Program-made: the position numbers and the translations under genes
Notes under the pieces: model-generated
Told to the model about the DNA's origin: nothing
Database searches by the model: none
What the model saw: only the letters and a program-made list of their open reading frames with translations
NCBI GenBank assembly: GCA_963666985.2
Contig: CAXXIA010000002.1
Coordinates: 1,792,001-1,856,000, forward strand
DNA from: Spirochaetia bacterium
Lineage (GTDB): Bacteria > Spirochaetota > Spirochaetia > DSM-2461
DNA: 64,000 nucleotides
Reading direction: 5' to 3'
Shown here: positions 1 to 10,509 of the stretch, in pieces
Position numbering within the stretch: position 1 is the first letter of the stretch
Layout: each line of letters opens with the position of its first letter

Positions 1-928
1 CCAATTTTAAAGCAGCAACTGTTTGCTCAGCTATGCCTAGTCCTTCTCGATCCGTTGAGTAATAGAACGTTACAATTTTTTTTGAATCAGAGCCAATCTG
101 GTGGTCTATATGAAAAGCAACTAACGCAAGATGCCAATAGTCGTTTAGCTTTGTGTCAAATCTTCCGGACTGGATTATTGGAGGAAAATAAATATTGTTA
201 AGAGCAAGAATAACAGAAATAGTTAGCGGTGATTGCACAACTCGATAAAATGCCAATGATAGTACTGGGTCTCGAAGAGAATTCACCTCATTCTGAAGTG
301 ATACAGCTTCTGCATATAGTGGACTAAAGTGAACGCCTATATTGACAAAGCGGAAAGTCTTGAACCAATGATGGGTAACAAATTGACGTATCTGTGGATT
401 GTAAAGGCGTACACGTTTCGTAGCGAATAAAAGATTGATAAATGACGGATATGCTGCCCGACGACTTGTAAATAGAAGGATTCTATCAATTGCATGAAGA
501 GTAATTGATAGAATGTTAACGCTGATTTTTGTGCTATTGTAATAATGTCGATGCAATCTCAAGGTTTTCTGAACTAACCATTTTAGCAAGAATGCTAAGT
601 TTGCGACGCGAGAAGATGCATTAAGCGATTCATTTAGTAATGAGTTACATTCTTGAAGTAACGTTTCACCATCTTCAATTGGAATAACGATTACGTTATC
701 ACCAATCTTTCCATATCGTTCTAGAATTCGAATCGCATTTGCATGAACATGGCGATCATGTTCTTCAATTTGGTCAAGTGCATCACGTATGAAATTATCT
801 TTAACACGACGAGAAATGGCAAATGCTCCAATTGACGACCCCAACAAAACACCAATAACACCAATAATGGTCCGAATTTGCTGTGCTAAGGATGCAAGAG
901 TTTCAATAACGCTGACTTCATCTGACAT
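1..928 (-). CDS. Hypothetical protein with N-terminal TM helix, runs off window start
   Basis: ATG at 928 (MSDEVSVIETLASLAQQIRTIIGVIGVLLGSSIGAFAISRR...); frame appears open toward position 1, hence absent from the ORF track. Confidence 0.65.
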   Translation of the reverse strand, partial: MSDEVSVIETLASLAQQIRTIIGVIGVLLGSSIGAFAISRRVKDNFIRDALDQIEEHDRHVHANAIRILERYGKIGDNVIVIPIEDGETLLQECNSLLNESLNASSRVANLAFLLKWLVQKTLRLHRHYYNSTKISVNILSITLHAIDRILLFTSRRAAYPSFINLLFATKRVRLYNPQIRQFVTHHWFKTFRFVNIGVHFSPLYAEAVSLQNEVNSLRDPVLSLAFYRVVQSPLTISVILALNNIYFPPIIQSGRFDTKLNDYWHLALVAFHIDHQIGSDSKKIVTFYYSTDREGLGIAEQTVAALKL

Positions 929-1072
929 ATTTTAAAATATACATGCTTGAAATCCATAACGATAGTAATTGATTTTACAAATACATGATTATCAGGCATC
1001 ACTTTAAATACTACTGAAGTTTATCGTGTGTTTTAGTAGATTTTTCGAGGGGGTAGATTTCTGTTTTTCTTC

Positions 1073-1285
1073 ATTAAACAGCTGTTGATGCGCTCCGGCC
1101 GCTAAAAGTGTTTAGCGGCCTTCGGGGCTCCGCCCAAATTTCGCTTTGGCTATGGTTCTTGCAGATGCGTTCTTGGAAGTTGTGTGATAGGCTCAAATGC
1201 GAACATGCTTTCTGTTGAAGTGCAAGAACACATGCCAACCGGCTTCGCCGGACGCGAAACTTCGCATACCAGCGGAACGTTTTAC
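1073..1285 (+). repeat. attC site 1
   Basis: ATTAAAC-AGCTGTTGATGCG...CGCATACCAGCGGAAC-GTTTTAC. Confidence 0.9.
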
Positions 1286-1436
1286 GAAAAAATCCAGAAG
1301 GTATTTTACCACGGCGGCGTCCGTGCCGCCGTGAATAGTGAGATGCCATTATCTTAGGATTTAATCAAGATTAAAGTAATATAATCAGTTTAAATGATCT
1401 ATCTAAAAATATGTCATAGATTCATATACCATTGCA

Positions 1437-2423
1437 TTATCTCAATATCCCTTCAGAGAAGCAAATGCGACTAACATCAAAATATGCATTATATTTTCTA
1501 ATTAAGTATGTGATATTATTGTATAGAAGAAGGTCATTTGTATTTCTAGGGCCTAGTATTATCTTTTTTATAATTCCAAAATCTGCACTTCGATTAGCAA
1601 TGTCTGTAGTCTCGTCCATATATGAAATGTTTTGGTAAAATGCTAATTTTGTGATAACCGCCAATTTTTTATTTCTACATATTATATCAATATTATTTCT
1701 GTCAAGTAACTCTTGTGGCAAGCAAAGATTCTTGAAAGGGTATAAAATCAAATATCGTATTTCCCTTTCTTCTTTATGGAATTTGTCCTTAATAATACTT
1801 GCGAATATTGCTAACAATTTGTATATTTCATATTCCTGACTCATCGTGAGTTTTTGTTTGAATAGTGTCTCAAAGCAAATATTTATTGTATCACCAAACT
1901 TTGCTATTTCATTCTCTGAAATGTTATTTTCTTTATCATAGTATTGTATTGGATATGTATAAATAAATTTCTTTCCTTGCAATTTTAATTTCATGGCTTC
2001 GAAGACACCACCACGATCGAAACCTATACAAACTCCATTCCCTACATCTCCATAATTCATCCATTGTTGATAATTGTCTGGAATTGTCGAAGTTGAAAAA
2101 ATAAATATATTACTTTCAATATTCCCTAAATTATGAAACTCTCTTTCCTTTTGTTCTCTATAGATCTTCCGAAGCCTATTACGAATAGTTTGTTTTTTTA
2201 CGATATATGTCAGAATCGTATTAATGCCGAAATTCACTTCATTAGGATCATTTAGCTCTTGGATATTTGAAAACCAAATAGTGCCTGACTTTAGAATGTT
2301 ATAGAACGATTCAAGTGATGTGTAATGAAATACATAATTACTAATAATTCTATACGAATCAAATTCACTAAAGACATTGTCGATTACATTCTTTGGTAAG
2401 TTCTCAAAAAGTTTATCTTCCAT
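1437..2423 (-). CDS. DUF2971 domain protein (defence-associated)
   Basis: HYTS, LNDPNE, QWxxYGD-GxGVCIGFD and K...EEREIR motifs. Confidence 0.8.
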   Translation of the reverse strand: MEDKLFENLPKNVIDNVFSEFDSYRIISNYVFHYTSLESFYNILKSGTIWFSNIQELNDPNEVNFGINTILTYIVKKQTIRNRLRKIYREQKEREFHNLGNIESNIFIFSTSTIPDNYQQWMNYGDVGNGVCIGFDRGGVFEAMKLKLQGKKFIYTYPIQYYDKENNISENEIAKFGDTINICFETLFKQKLTMSQEYEIYKLLAIFASIIKDKFHKEEREIRYLILYPFKNLCLPQELLDRNNIDIICRNKKLAVITKLAFYQNISYMDETTDIANRSADFGIIKKIILGPRNTNDLLLYNNITYLIRKYNAYFDVSRICFSEGILR

Positions 2424-2670
2424 TGTTCTTCCTAAATGCCAAAGTCTAAAATTGTCAGTTTTTCATTCTTTATAGCAAATAAAAAGTCTCATAGACTCAT
2501 AATGATATCGATTTGAATAGTGTAACACAGTTTACACAAAGAGAGCATAATAAATAGGAGACGCGATTATGAGCGAATGTTTGCATGTATGACAAATTAT
2601 ATCTACTAGTATCTGAAGGACCTCGTGTCCTTCAGATAAATATTTTGAATGGTTGATGTTGGATTTCTTC

Positions 2671-2877
2671 GTAAAACAGCTGTTGATGCGCTCCGGCGGT
2701 AACTATGTTACCGCCTTCGGGGCTCCGCCCAAATTTGCCTCTGTCATAGATTTTGCGAATGACCGATGGCTATGGTAAGATGAGTTGCAGTTAGTGGATG
2801 AGGCAGTGAAGAATCGCAAAATCTCCGCCAGTCGCTTCGCGAACGGCAAACATTCGCATAACAGCGGACCGTTTTAT
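2671..2877 (+). repeat. attC site 2
   Basis: Conserved attC arms. Confidence 0.9.
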
Positions 2878-3083
2878 GAAAAAAACCAGAAGGTATTTTA
2901 TCGCCTCGGCATCCGCCACGAAATGTTTCAATTTATGCAAAGATAGGCTAGGTTGATACAGAAAATATAGTTAGTTTTTAAAACATTATGAATCGCTAAA
3001 ATCAGTTGAATTGTGGCCAGTCACATCAATGTAGTTACTAATTTTCAAAGGTTATGAAAGAAATTGTTAGTTGCATATTTTTG

Positions 3084-5372
3084 TTATGTGTCACCATATA
3101 CTTTACTTATCGTTAAAGAATTGAACATATTGCGAATTTCGAGATCATCGTCTATGACATCATCATTTTTATTATTCGTATCAGATTTAAAATCTAAACT
3201 TTCATTTTTTTCAAAATCTAATTCAACAAGTTTCGACTCAAGGTCATTGATATCAGAGGTTAGATCAATTTCAAAATTAGTTTGGATATCTCGCAAATTA
3301 TTTAATAAAAACTCTGTATAATTATCGTCTGAATTAGAAATTTCATCTTCAATAATTTTATTTATAAGTTCTCGATTGTTATAGGTGCTAATAAAACTCA
3401 CAAACATGTTTTGATCGAGTTTCCTAAGGTCAGATAACTTTGAGAGATGAAAGGAAAATTCTGCTTTCTTAAATAAATTTGAAAAAACTTCATCAATCTC
3501 CAAACTAATTTTGTCAAAAACTGTAATCGTCACATTTACTAGAGAGTTAGAAAACATTACATTTTCATCGCATATTAGTTCGTTTAGCTGTAAAGCTATT
3601 TTCTCTCTGACAGATACATTGTCAACGTTGTTAACAATATATTCAAATATTTCGATTTTGCTATTCAATCTCCTTTCCCAACGAGTTTTCCCTCCAACAT
3701 ATCTTACAAATGCTAGAGATGTGCTTGTGAAGTCAATTAAATAACGATTAATTTGAGTAATAATAAGTTCTTTATTTAACTGGTTGAATTCGATCTTTTT
3801 ACTAATTCCATTAGTTTCCCCAATTGGAAGAAAACTAAATATGCTAAAATATTGGTTAATAATCATTGAAGAGAATATTATATCAGATTTTAAATAGTCT
3901 CTTGCCGATATGTGTTTTATCAAAAAATCATTTATTGAAGGATTGATAAAATCAATACCAACATTATTATATGAATCTTTTTTTGAAATAATAAAGGAAC
4001 CTTCAATTTCTTTGAAGATTTTCTTAAAAATTGCATCACTATATAACAAATCATATTTCTCTACATATTTCTTCGCAAAATTTATATAGGCATTTTCTAA
4101 ATCGTTGAGTAATACAGGAGAACCAAGCGAAGCCATAATGATAAGTAAATATTTTGATTCTTTAGAAATTTGATTTTCAAAAGCATGTTCCCAAACACTA
4201 ATAGGATTATTTAGATACTCAATGAAAGTGTTGAGAAATTGACTTGGGTTAATTGTTTTCCATTTCCCCCCGTCTAATATTGCTTCAATTACTCTTGGAT
4301 TGTAGTTTGGATGATTGATGATTTGAAAATATCTATTTTCATCAATTAAAACCTCCAAATATTCTGACGCAATATTTGAATAATAGAGATGATTATATAA
4401 GATTTGCGCTTTAATCAATTTTGTATAGCTATTAAGATCTAATATAAATTTTCCTAATTCAAATTGATTTCTATTAAGTAACTCATACTTGCTTTGAGCT
4501 TGTTTTAGGATATATTCCCTCGTTGTCATTATTAGTATTTTATTGTTTGAAGATTCAACCATTTCGATAAACTTATATAAAAGATTATCTTCATTTTTAG
4601 CAAGTTTATCTTCAAGAAAATTTCTTCCAAGAAAATCATCATAAATGAAAACTTGCTTCTTCCCCTCGTGAAACATGGTAATAGCATCATGAATAGATGT
4701 GTCAAGAGAAATTACTTCTTCATAATTCTTAGTTAACAATAAATATACAAGATACCTAGCTAGTGTTGTTTTTCCTATTCCTGGAATTCCAGATATTATC
4801 AAAAATTTATGTTCTTCAAGAATTTCCGTAGCTCTAAAAATACTTTCATTTTGTACAAATATTTTTACTGTATCTTTGATTTTTTGTAACTCAAACTGAG
4901 AAGAGTTAACAATTTTAGCATTGATAATTCTATTCAAGACATTTGTACTAGAAATCCATAACTTATAGTATTTTTGCTCAATTTCAGGATAAATCCCTAG
5001 TAAGTTATTGATGTCTTCGTTTCCATAAATGTGATCCACATCTATTATATACGGGTCAAGAAGAGATCTTATTTTGAACTTGTTCATTGGTGTTAAACCC
5101 AAGCTTGTGAATAAATAATAAGAATTGCATTCTAAATTTTCTATCTTATTTCTCTCTGTCTTCAAATTAGTTAGCAATAAATTAAGGTTTTTATATCTTT
5201 TACATTGAATAATATTCTTAAATTCTGTAGAACTACCAAACCTAAAGTCAATTCCTCCATCTCGTCCAGAAGTAAACGATTCAATATAAATTTTATGCTG
5301 AGCTTGCATCAAATCGCGAGATAGTTGTTCAAATTCAATTGGTGATAAAATCTCAAAATTATAATTTATCAT
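3084..5372 (-). CDS. Mrr-like restriction endonuclease fused to nSTAND3-type NTPase (Avs-like defence protein)
   Basis: FEQL..DL, GRDGGID and IQCKRY nuclease motifs; Walker A GIPGIGKT; IYDDFLG; TTREYI. Confidence 0.85.
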   Translation of the reverse strand: MINYNFEILSPIEFEQLSRDLMQAQHKIYIESFTSGRDGGIDFRFGSSTEFKNIIQCKRYKNLNLLLTNLKTERNKIENLECNSYYLFTSLGLTPMNKFKIRSLLDPYIIDVDHIYGNEDINNLLGIYPEIEQKYYKLWISSTNVLNRIINAKIVNSSQFELQKIKDTVKIFVQNESIFRATEILEEHKFLIISGIPGIGKTTLARYLVYLLLTKNYEEVISLDTSIHDAITMFHEGKKQVFIYDDFLGRNFLEDKLAKNEDNLLYKFIEMVESSNNKILIMTTREYILKQAQSKYELLNRNQFELGKFILDLNSYTKLIKAQILYNHLYYSNIASEYLEVLIDENRYFQIINHPNYNPRVIEAILDGGKWKTINPSQFLNTFIEYLNNPISVWEHAFENQISKESKYLLIIMASLGSPVLLNDLENAYINFAKKYVEKYDLLYSDAIFKKIFKEIEGSFIISKKDSYNNVGIDFINPSINDFLIKHISARDYLKSDIIFSSMIINQYFSIFSFLPIGETNGISKKIEFNQLNKELIITQINRYLIDFTSTSLAFVRYVGGKTRWERRLNSKIEIFEYIVNNVDNVSVREKIALQLNELICDENVMFSNSLVNVTITVFDKISLEIDEVFSNLFKKAEFSFHLSKLSDLRKLDQNMFVSFISTYNNRELINKIIEDEISNSDDNYTEFLLNNLRDIQTNFEIDLTSDINDLESKLVELDFEKNESLDFKSDTNNKNDDVIDDDLEIRNMFNSLTISKVYGDT

Positions 5373-5548
5373 ATTCTACTATTTCGGTAATGTGTAGAAT
5401 AACACTGAACGCTACATAGTACACATAAAGGTAGTATAGCATGGTTACAATGCGTAATATAGAATTTTATAAATTGTAGTTATATTTTATTTGCATCAGA
5501 ATCACGTCCTTATATGAAGATTGAATTAGCTCTAGGCGAGTTTTCTTC

Positions 5549-5757
5549 ATAAAACAGCTGTTGATGCGCTTCGGCGTCAACTGGCGTTGCCGCCTCCGGG
5601 GCTCCGCCCAAATTTGCCTCTATCATAGATTTTGCAGAAGGCTGGCGGCTGTGATAGGATGATTTTCAGTAAACGACTGCTGTTGTTCTGACAGGCAAAA
5701 TCTACGCCAGTCGCCTACGGCGAACGGCAAACTTCGCATACCAGCGGAACGTTTGAT
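5549..5757 (+). repeat. attC site 3
   Basis: Conserved attC arms. Confidence 0.9.
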
Positions 5758-5993
5758 GACAGAATTAATTTAGGAAATAGTTTTTCTCATTTTTATAAAA
5801 AAGAGGAGGCAATTCCCCTCACAAAAATCAATTTAAATTCGTGAAAAGCTCTGAAAGTTTTTGAGAAAAATCAAAGTGTTCCCTTTGTCGTGGTTGATTC
5901 TCCTGATATGAGCCTTGTTCAGTTGAATAAGAACAAGAGAGCCTTTTCACGGTGTTTGATCTTTATGGGCTTTGCTTAATTCCGTCATCAAAC
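5751..5993. repeat. ORF-less cassette family A, copy 1
   Basis: About 243 bp, near-identical to 9980-10222, 40174-40417 and 41905-42147; no ORF. Confidence 0.9.
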
Positions 5994-6255
5994 AGCTGTT
6001 GATACGCTCCGGCCGCTAAATCTCTTTAGCGGCCTTCGGGCCGAGAAGATGGTGTAATTTTAGTGTTATGATATTTGCAAAGAGGAAATCAAATTGAAAC
6101 GGCTCGGCCAAATTTCGCTTTGGCTGCTTTTGTTGAGATGTTTTGGTTCGTAATCTGTGGTAATGTTAAAAGCGAGTGGTTGTTCTGGTAATTCCGTGGG
6201 GCAGCCAACCGGCTACGCCGGACGCGAAACTTCGTATACCAGCGGAACGTTAATT
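5987..6255 (+). repeat. attC site 4 (long variant tied to family A)
   Basis: TTGATACG arm variant, 269 bp. Confidence 0.9.
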
Positions 6256-6274
6256 GAACTTCTGGAATTTGTCT

Positions 6275-7617
6275 TGAGCGACCAGGACATCCTTTACATT
6301 TTAGGTTCAGGACATCGTTTACACAAAACAAGCTTAAACGAAGCATTTGAATCCATCAACTGAAGGGAGAAAGGCATAGGTTTTCAAATCAATTTCTCCC
6401 AATCTGAGATTGTCAAACCATACGGTGAAGCTCTCATCCTCATTCTCCCGAAGTCCAACTTGGTATCCTGAAAAGACATAACTGACAAAGACTCTATGCC
6501 TGTCGATAGTAACGGCTCCCCGATTATTCACCATTCTCACCAGATACCCGGCCGGGTAGATCACCTGAGGGATTCGAGGAGGGAAAGGCCGATTGGACTT
6601 TGTGTAAATACTTCCGGGAGTCTGCATTTTGAGAGCTTCATGCGGACGAACACTGTTGAATTGATTTCTCCAAACATCAAAGTGTGCCTGATGTTCTGAG
6701 AGGTTCCCTTGAATCTGTCCCTGCAATTCGCGTTTGATATCGGCATGCATTCTTTCATGCCCTCCGTTTTCACAAGGCCTTCCTGGAGTGATGCGATCAA
6801 GTTCAATTCCCAAGGCCAGCCACCAAACACTTAAGCGGGTGAGTCCGAGTAATCCCTTCATGGAAGCAAAGGGTGGTCCGTTATCGGAGCGGATTACCCG
6901 AGGGATTCCATAGAGAGAAAAGAGCTTTTCGAACTCTGTTCTAACTTCTTGTGTGTCAGCCTTTTGGAGAGCTTTGATGGTGAAGATGTATTTGGAGTAT
7001 TCATCCCGAACCGTCAGAGGTTCACACTTTTCATTATCGGGAGTGTACCACCATCCTTTGAAGTCGACCGTCCAGATATCATTAGGGGCTTTGGCCTGCA
7101 GATGTGTTTGGATTCGGCTGCCTTTGGTCTGCTGCCGTTTCTTTCGATGATGAACCAGTCCTGCTTTATCAAGGATGCGTTTGACGGTGGTGAGGCTTGG
7201 GGGATTATTATGAGGATGGGTCTTCTGGTAGATCTCGAGAATCTTTTTTGGCCCCCAGCTGGAGTTGTGCAACGTCTTGATCCGGATAATACCGCATATA
7301 ACGTCTTCAGGCGTTTGGTTGGGGCTGCTGCGAGGTCTACGGGGTCGTTCCTTCAACCCGGCGAGCCCTTCCTGGATAAACCGGTTTTTCCATTTAAGGC
7401 CTGTCGGCCGGGAGATCCCGTACTCAGCACAGAGGTCTTTCATACAGACATGGGGATCCATGGCCTTGAGGGCGAACTCGAATTTGACGTCCATAATATT
7501 GGTCTCCTTCCACGGCATAACCAGCACCTCGATAAGGGAAAGTGCTGATCATTTTAGTTCTTGTCGTGTAAAGGATGTCCTGGTACTCTCGTGTAAACGA
7601 TGTCCTGAACCCGTACC
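6275..7617 (-). mobile_element. IS481-family insertion sequence, copy 1
   Basis: 1343 bp TGAGCG...GTACC; 4-bp TSD GTCT; subterminal repeated CAGGACATC(C/G)TTTACA boxes. Confidence 0.9.
6334..7527 (-). CDS. IS481-family DDE transposase
   Basis: MPWKE start, HTH, WTVDFKG, SDNGPPF and ENGGHERMH rve motifs. Confidence 0.93.
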   Translation of the reverse strand: MLVMPWKETNIMDVKFEFALKAMDPHVCMKDLCAEYGISRPTGLKWKNRFIQEGLAGLKERPRRPRSSPNQTPEDVICGIIRIKTLHNSSWGPKKILEIYQKTHPHNNPPSLTTVKRILDKAGLVHHRKKRQQTKGSRIQTHLQAKAPNDIWTVDFKGWWYTPDNEKCEPLTVRDEYSKYIFTIKALQKADTQEVRTEFEKLFSLYGIPRVIRSDNGPPFASMKGLLGLTRLSVWWLALGIELDRITPGRPCENGGHERMHADIKRELQGQIQGNLSEHQAHFDVWRNQFNSVRPHEALKMQTPGSIYTKSNRPFPPRIPQVIYPAGYLVRMVNNRGAVTIDRHRVFVSYVFSGYQVGLRENEDESFTVWFDNLRLGEIDLKTYAFLPSVDGFKCFV

Positions 7618-7659
7618 GTCTCTGCCTCGCCTTCCGTGGCTCGGCCTTGGAGATTTATA

Positions 7660-8769
7660 ATGAGTATAAAAGAAACAATTAAGGAACTGATAGCGACGAA
7701 GAGGGAAGGCGAGTATTGGGATTTTAAGAAAGAACCTCATTCAAACAACAGCGATCTTCTTCATGACATAATCTGTATGTCAAATGCATTAATCAAACAA
7801 GATAAATATATCATTGTTGGTGTTTCTGACCCTGCACAGGGTTGCATTATTGAAGGATTAAATTCAACAACAGCAAATCGAAAAACTCAAGCAAAAATCA
7901 TTGATTTCATTCAGCACTTAGATTTTGCCGGATCCATAAGGCCAGAGGTTGAAGTACATACGATCACGATAGATGGGAAAGATGTTGATGTAATCCGGAT
8001 ACTCGATAGACCAAACAAGCCATACTATCTTGCTAGTGATAAGGATGGAGTCAAAGCGAATTATATCTATACAAGAGTTGGTGATACGAATACTCCAAAG
8101 AACAAGTCTGCAGATATATATCACGTGGAGAAACTATGGAGGCAGAGGTTTTCATTAGACCAATCACCACTTGAAAGATATAACACGTTATTGAATCAGA
8201 AAGAGTCTTGGGTCATAGATATGGGCAATAAGGACTACGCATATCACCAACTGTTTCCAGAGTTCCGGATCGAGTTTTCAGAAACCCGGGAGGGATGGGA
8301 AACATACTCACATTACTATACAAATCCAAAATCGTTTTTTGGAGTTGCCTTTTTAAAATATTTTACAACAACACTATATGAAGTTCAGTACTGTTATGTA
8401 GATGAAATGCGATTGCCTCTTGTTGTACCAAAAATCGGTGTAATCAACTCTCAAAAAGGATATATATCATATTTCTACTTCCAAATGGATACAATCGAAT
8501 GGCGGCTAAATACTATCCTAGGATTGTCATTTCTGTATCAACGAGATCCTAGATATTTACCGTTCATTTTCTACAAAGATGAAGAAGAAAAAGACGCTTT
8601 TCATAGTCATGTAAAAAACATCGCAGAAGAACTCCTCACTAGAGAACCTGAGTCTTTTGAAATCGATAAACAGAAGCGAATCGAAGAAGACGGTAAGGGT
8701 TGTGGCATTACACCGCAAAATATTGGCCGACTAGTCCGTGAGCATATTTCATGGAAGTCATCACGATAG
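7660..8769 (+). CDS. AlbA_2/Schlafen-domain protein
   Basis: EGEYWDFK, DIICMSN and YIIVGV motifs; RBS GGAG before ATG 7660. Confidence 0.8.
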   Translation: MSIKETIKELIATKREGEYWDFKKEPHSNNSDLLHDIICMSNALIKQDKYIIVGVSDPAQGCIIEGLNSTTANRKTQAKIIDFIQHLDFAGSIRPEVEVHTITIDGKDVDVIRILDRPNKPYYLASDKDGVKANYIYTRVGDTNTPKNKSADIYHVEKLWRQRFSLDQSPLERYNTLLNQKESWVIDMGNKDYAYHQLFPEFRIEFSETREGWETYSHYYTNPKSFFGVAFLKYFTTTLYEVQYCYVDEMRLPLVVPKIGVINSQKGYISYFYFQMDTIEWRLNTILGLSFLYQRDPRYLPFIFYKDEEEKDAFHSHVKNIAEELLTREPESFEIDKQKRIEEDGKGCGITPQNIGRLVREHISWKSSR

Positions 8770-8823
8770 AGCCAGAGAGTACATCCTTGTACTCTCTGAA
8801 GTCTATACATGGCTCAGAAGTTC

Positions 8824-9035
8824 AATTAACAGCTGTTGATGCGCTCCGGCTGCTAACTTCGTTATCAGCCTCCGGGGCTCCGCCCAAATTTCGCTTTGGC
8901 ATGGCATCTTGCAGATGCGTTTCTGGAAGTTGTGTGATAGGCTGAAGAGCGAACAGGCTTTCTGTTAAAAGCAAGAGCGCATGCCAACCGGCTACGCCGG
9001 ACACGAAACATTCGCATAACAGCGGAACGTTAAAT
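8824..9035 (+). repeat. attC site 5
   Basis: Conserved attC arms. Confidence 0.9.
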
Positions 9036-9112
9036 GTCATTTAAGCTTTAAAGTCTTATCGAGTGAATAATTAGCAAAGTATTATAATTTTCTAGTTGTT
9101 TGAAATGCCTAC

Positions 9113-9141
9113 TTGAAATGCGTAACGTCACGGGTTACAAT
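9113..9141 (+). promoter_or_regulatory. higBA promoter with operator palindrome
   Basis: TTGAAA-17-TACAAT; GTAAC..GTTAC inverted repeat; ATG 8 nt after the -10 box (probably leaderless). Confidence 0.65.
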
Positions 9142-9149
9142 CATTTTCA

Positions 9150-9428
9150 ATGATCAAGTCGTTCAAACATAAAGGCCTTCAAGAATTCTTCTATACAGGA
9201 ACGAAGAAAGGAATCCAACCTGATCATGCCAGCAAGATTGCAAGGCTCCTTGATCGTCTTGATGCATCAGTATCCGCAATGGATATGAATCTTCCAGGAT
9301 TCCGTCTTCATCAGCTTTCGGGGCAAGAGAAGGATACCTGGTCTGTTTGGGTAAATGGAAACTGGCGTATTACCTTTGAGTTTCGTGGTGAAGATGCATA
9401 CGTAGTCGATTACAGAGACTATCACTGA
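9150..9428 (+). CDS. higB: HigB (RelE-family) toxin
   Basis: MIKSFKHKGL...LHQLSG...WSVWVNGNWRITF...DYH. Confidence 0.93.
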   Translation: MIKSFKHKGLQEFFYTGTKKGIQPDHASKIARLLDRLDASVSAMDMNLPGFRLHQLSGQEKDTWSVWVNGNWRITFEFRGEDAYVVDYRDYH

Positions 9429-9437
9429 GGTATAAAG

Positions 9438-9752
9438 ATGGAGAAAAGAAGAAAACCGACGCATCCTGGCGTCATCATTAAAGAAGATGTTCTTAAGCCG
9501 TTGAATCTTACGATCACAGATGCGGCTAAAGATCTTGGAGTAACACGAAAGGCACTGTCAGAGCTGATAAATGAAAGATCCGCACTTAGTCCTGATATGG
9601 CCGTTCGAATAGCCCGTGCGACGAAAACCAGTCCCGAAAGCTGGATGAATATGCAGCAGAAATTAGATTTGTGGGAATCGGAGCATAAGAATTTTAATAT
9701 TGTTCCGTTTCCTCATGTCGGCCAATATCATTCAGAAATCTTGGAAGGCTAA
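9438..9752 (+). CDS. higA: HigA antitoxin
   Basis: PTHPG, HTH-XRE, SPESWMNMQ. Confidence 0.93.
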   Translation: MEKRRKPTHPGVIIKEDVLKPLNLTITDAAKDLGVTRKALSELINERSALSPDMAVRIARATKTSPESWMNMQQKLDLWESEHKNFNIVPFPHVGQYHSEILEG

Positions 9753-9773
9753 TCTGGAAGCCGCTTGAACGAC

Positions 9774-9986
9774 ATTTAACAGCTGTTGATGCGCTCCGGC
9801 CGCTAAAAGTGTTTAGCGGCCTTCGGGGCTTCGCCCAAATTTCGCTTTGACCATGGTTCTTGCAGATGCGTTCCCGGAAGTTGTGTGATAGGCTCAAATG
9901 CGAACAGGCTTTCTGTTGAAGTGCAAGAACACATGCCAACCGGCTTCGCCGGACGCGAAACTTCGCATACCAGCAGCCCGTTTGAT
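9774..9986 (+). repeat. attC site 6
   Basis: Conserved attC arms. Confidence 0.9.
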
Positions 9987-10222
9987 GACAGAATTAATTT
10001 AAGAAATAGTTTTTCTCATTTTCTTAAAAAAGAGAAGGCAATTCTCCTCATAAATATCAATTTAAATTCGTGAAAAGCTCTGAAAGTTTTTGAGAAAAAT
10101 CAAAGTGTTCCAGTTGTCGAGGTTGATTCTCCTGATATGAGTCTTGTTCAGTTGAATAAGAACAAGAGAGCCTTTTCACGGTGTTTGATCTTTATGGGCT
10201 TTGCTTAATTCCGTCATCAAAC
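9980..10222. repeat. ORF-less cassette family A, copy 2
   Basis: Near-identical to 5751-5993. Confidence 0.9.
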
Positions 10223-10485
10223 AGCTGTTGATACGCTCCGGCCGCTAAATCTCTTTAGCGGCCTTCGGGCCGAGAAGATGGTTATTAGTTGAGTGTTATG
10301 ATATTTGCAAAGAGGAAATGAGATTGAAGCGGCTCGGCCAAATTTCGCTTTGGCTGCTTTTGTTGAGATGTCTTGGTTCGTAATCTGTGGTAATGTTAAA
10401 AGCGAGCGGAGGTTCTGGTAATTCCGTGGGGCAGCCAACCGGCTCCGCCGGACGCGAAACTTCGTATACCAGCGGGCCGTTAAGC
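10216..10485 (+). repeat. attC site 7 (long variant)
   Basis: Same variant as site 4. Confidence 0.9.
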
Positions 10486-10509
10486 AATATTTTCCGGTAA
10501 GATAATAAA

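Noticed and set aside
1385..1436. Nested attC after the DUF2971 gene
   Set aside because: Only a weak AT-rich hairpin without proper AAC/GTT boxes
6496..7660. Antisense and alternative-frame ORFs inside IS481 and IS21 copies
   Set aside because: Shadow ORFs of the transposases; they recur only because the elements are duplicated
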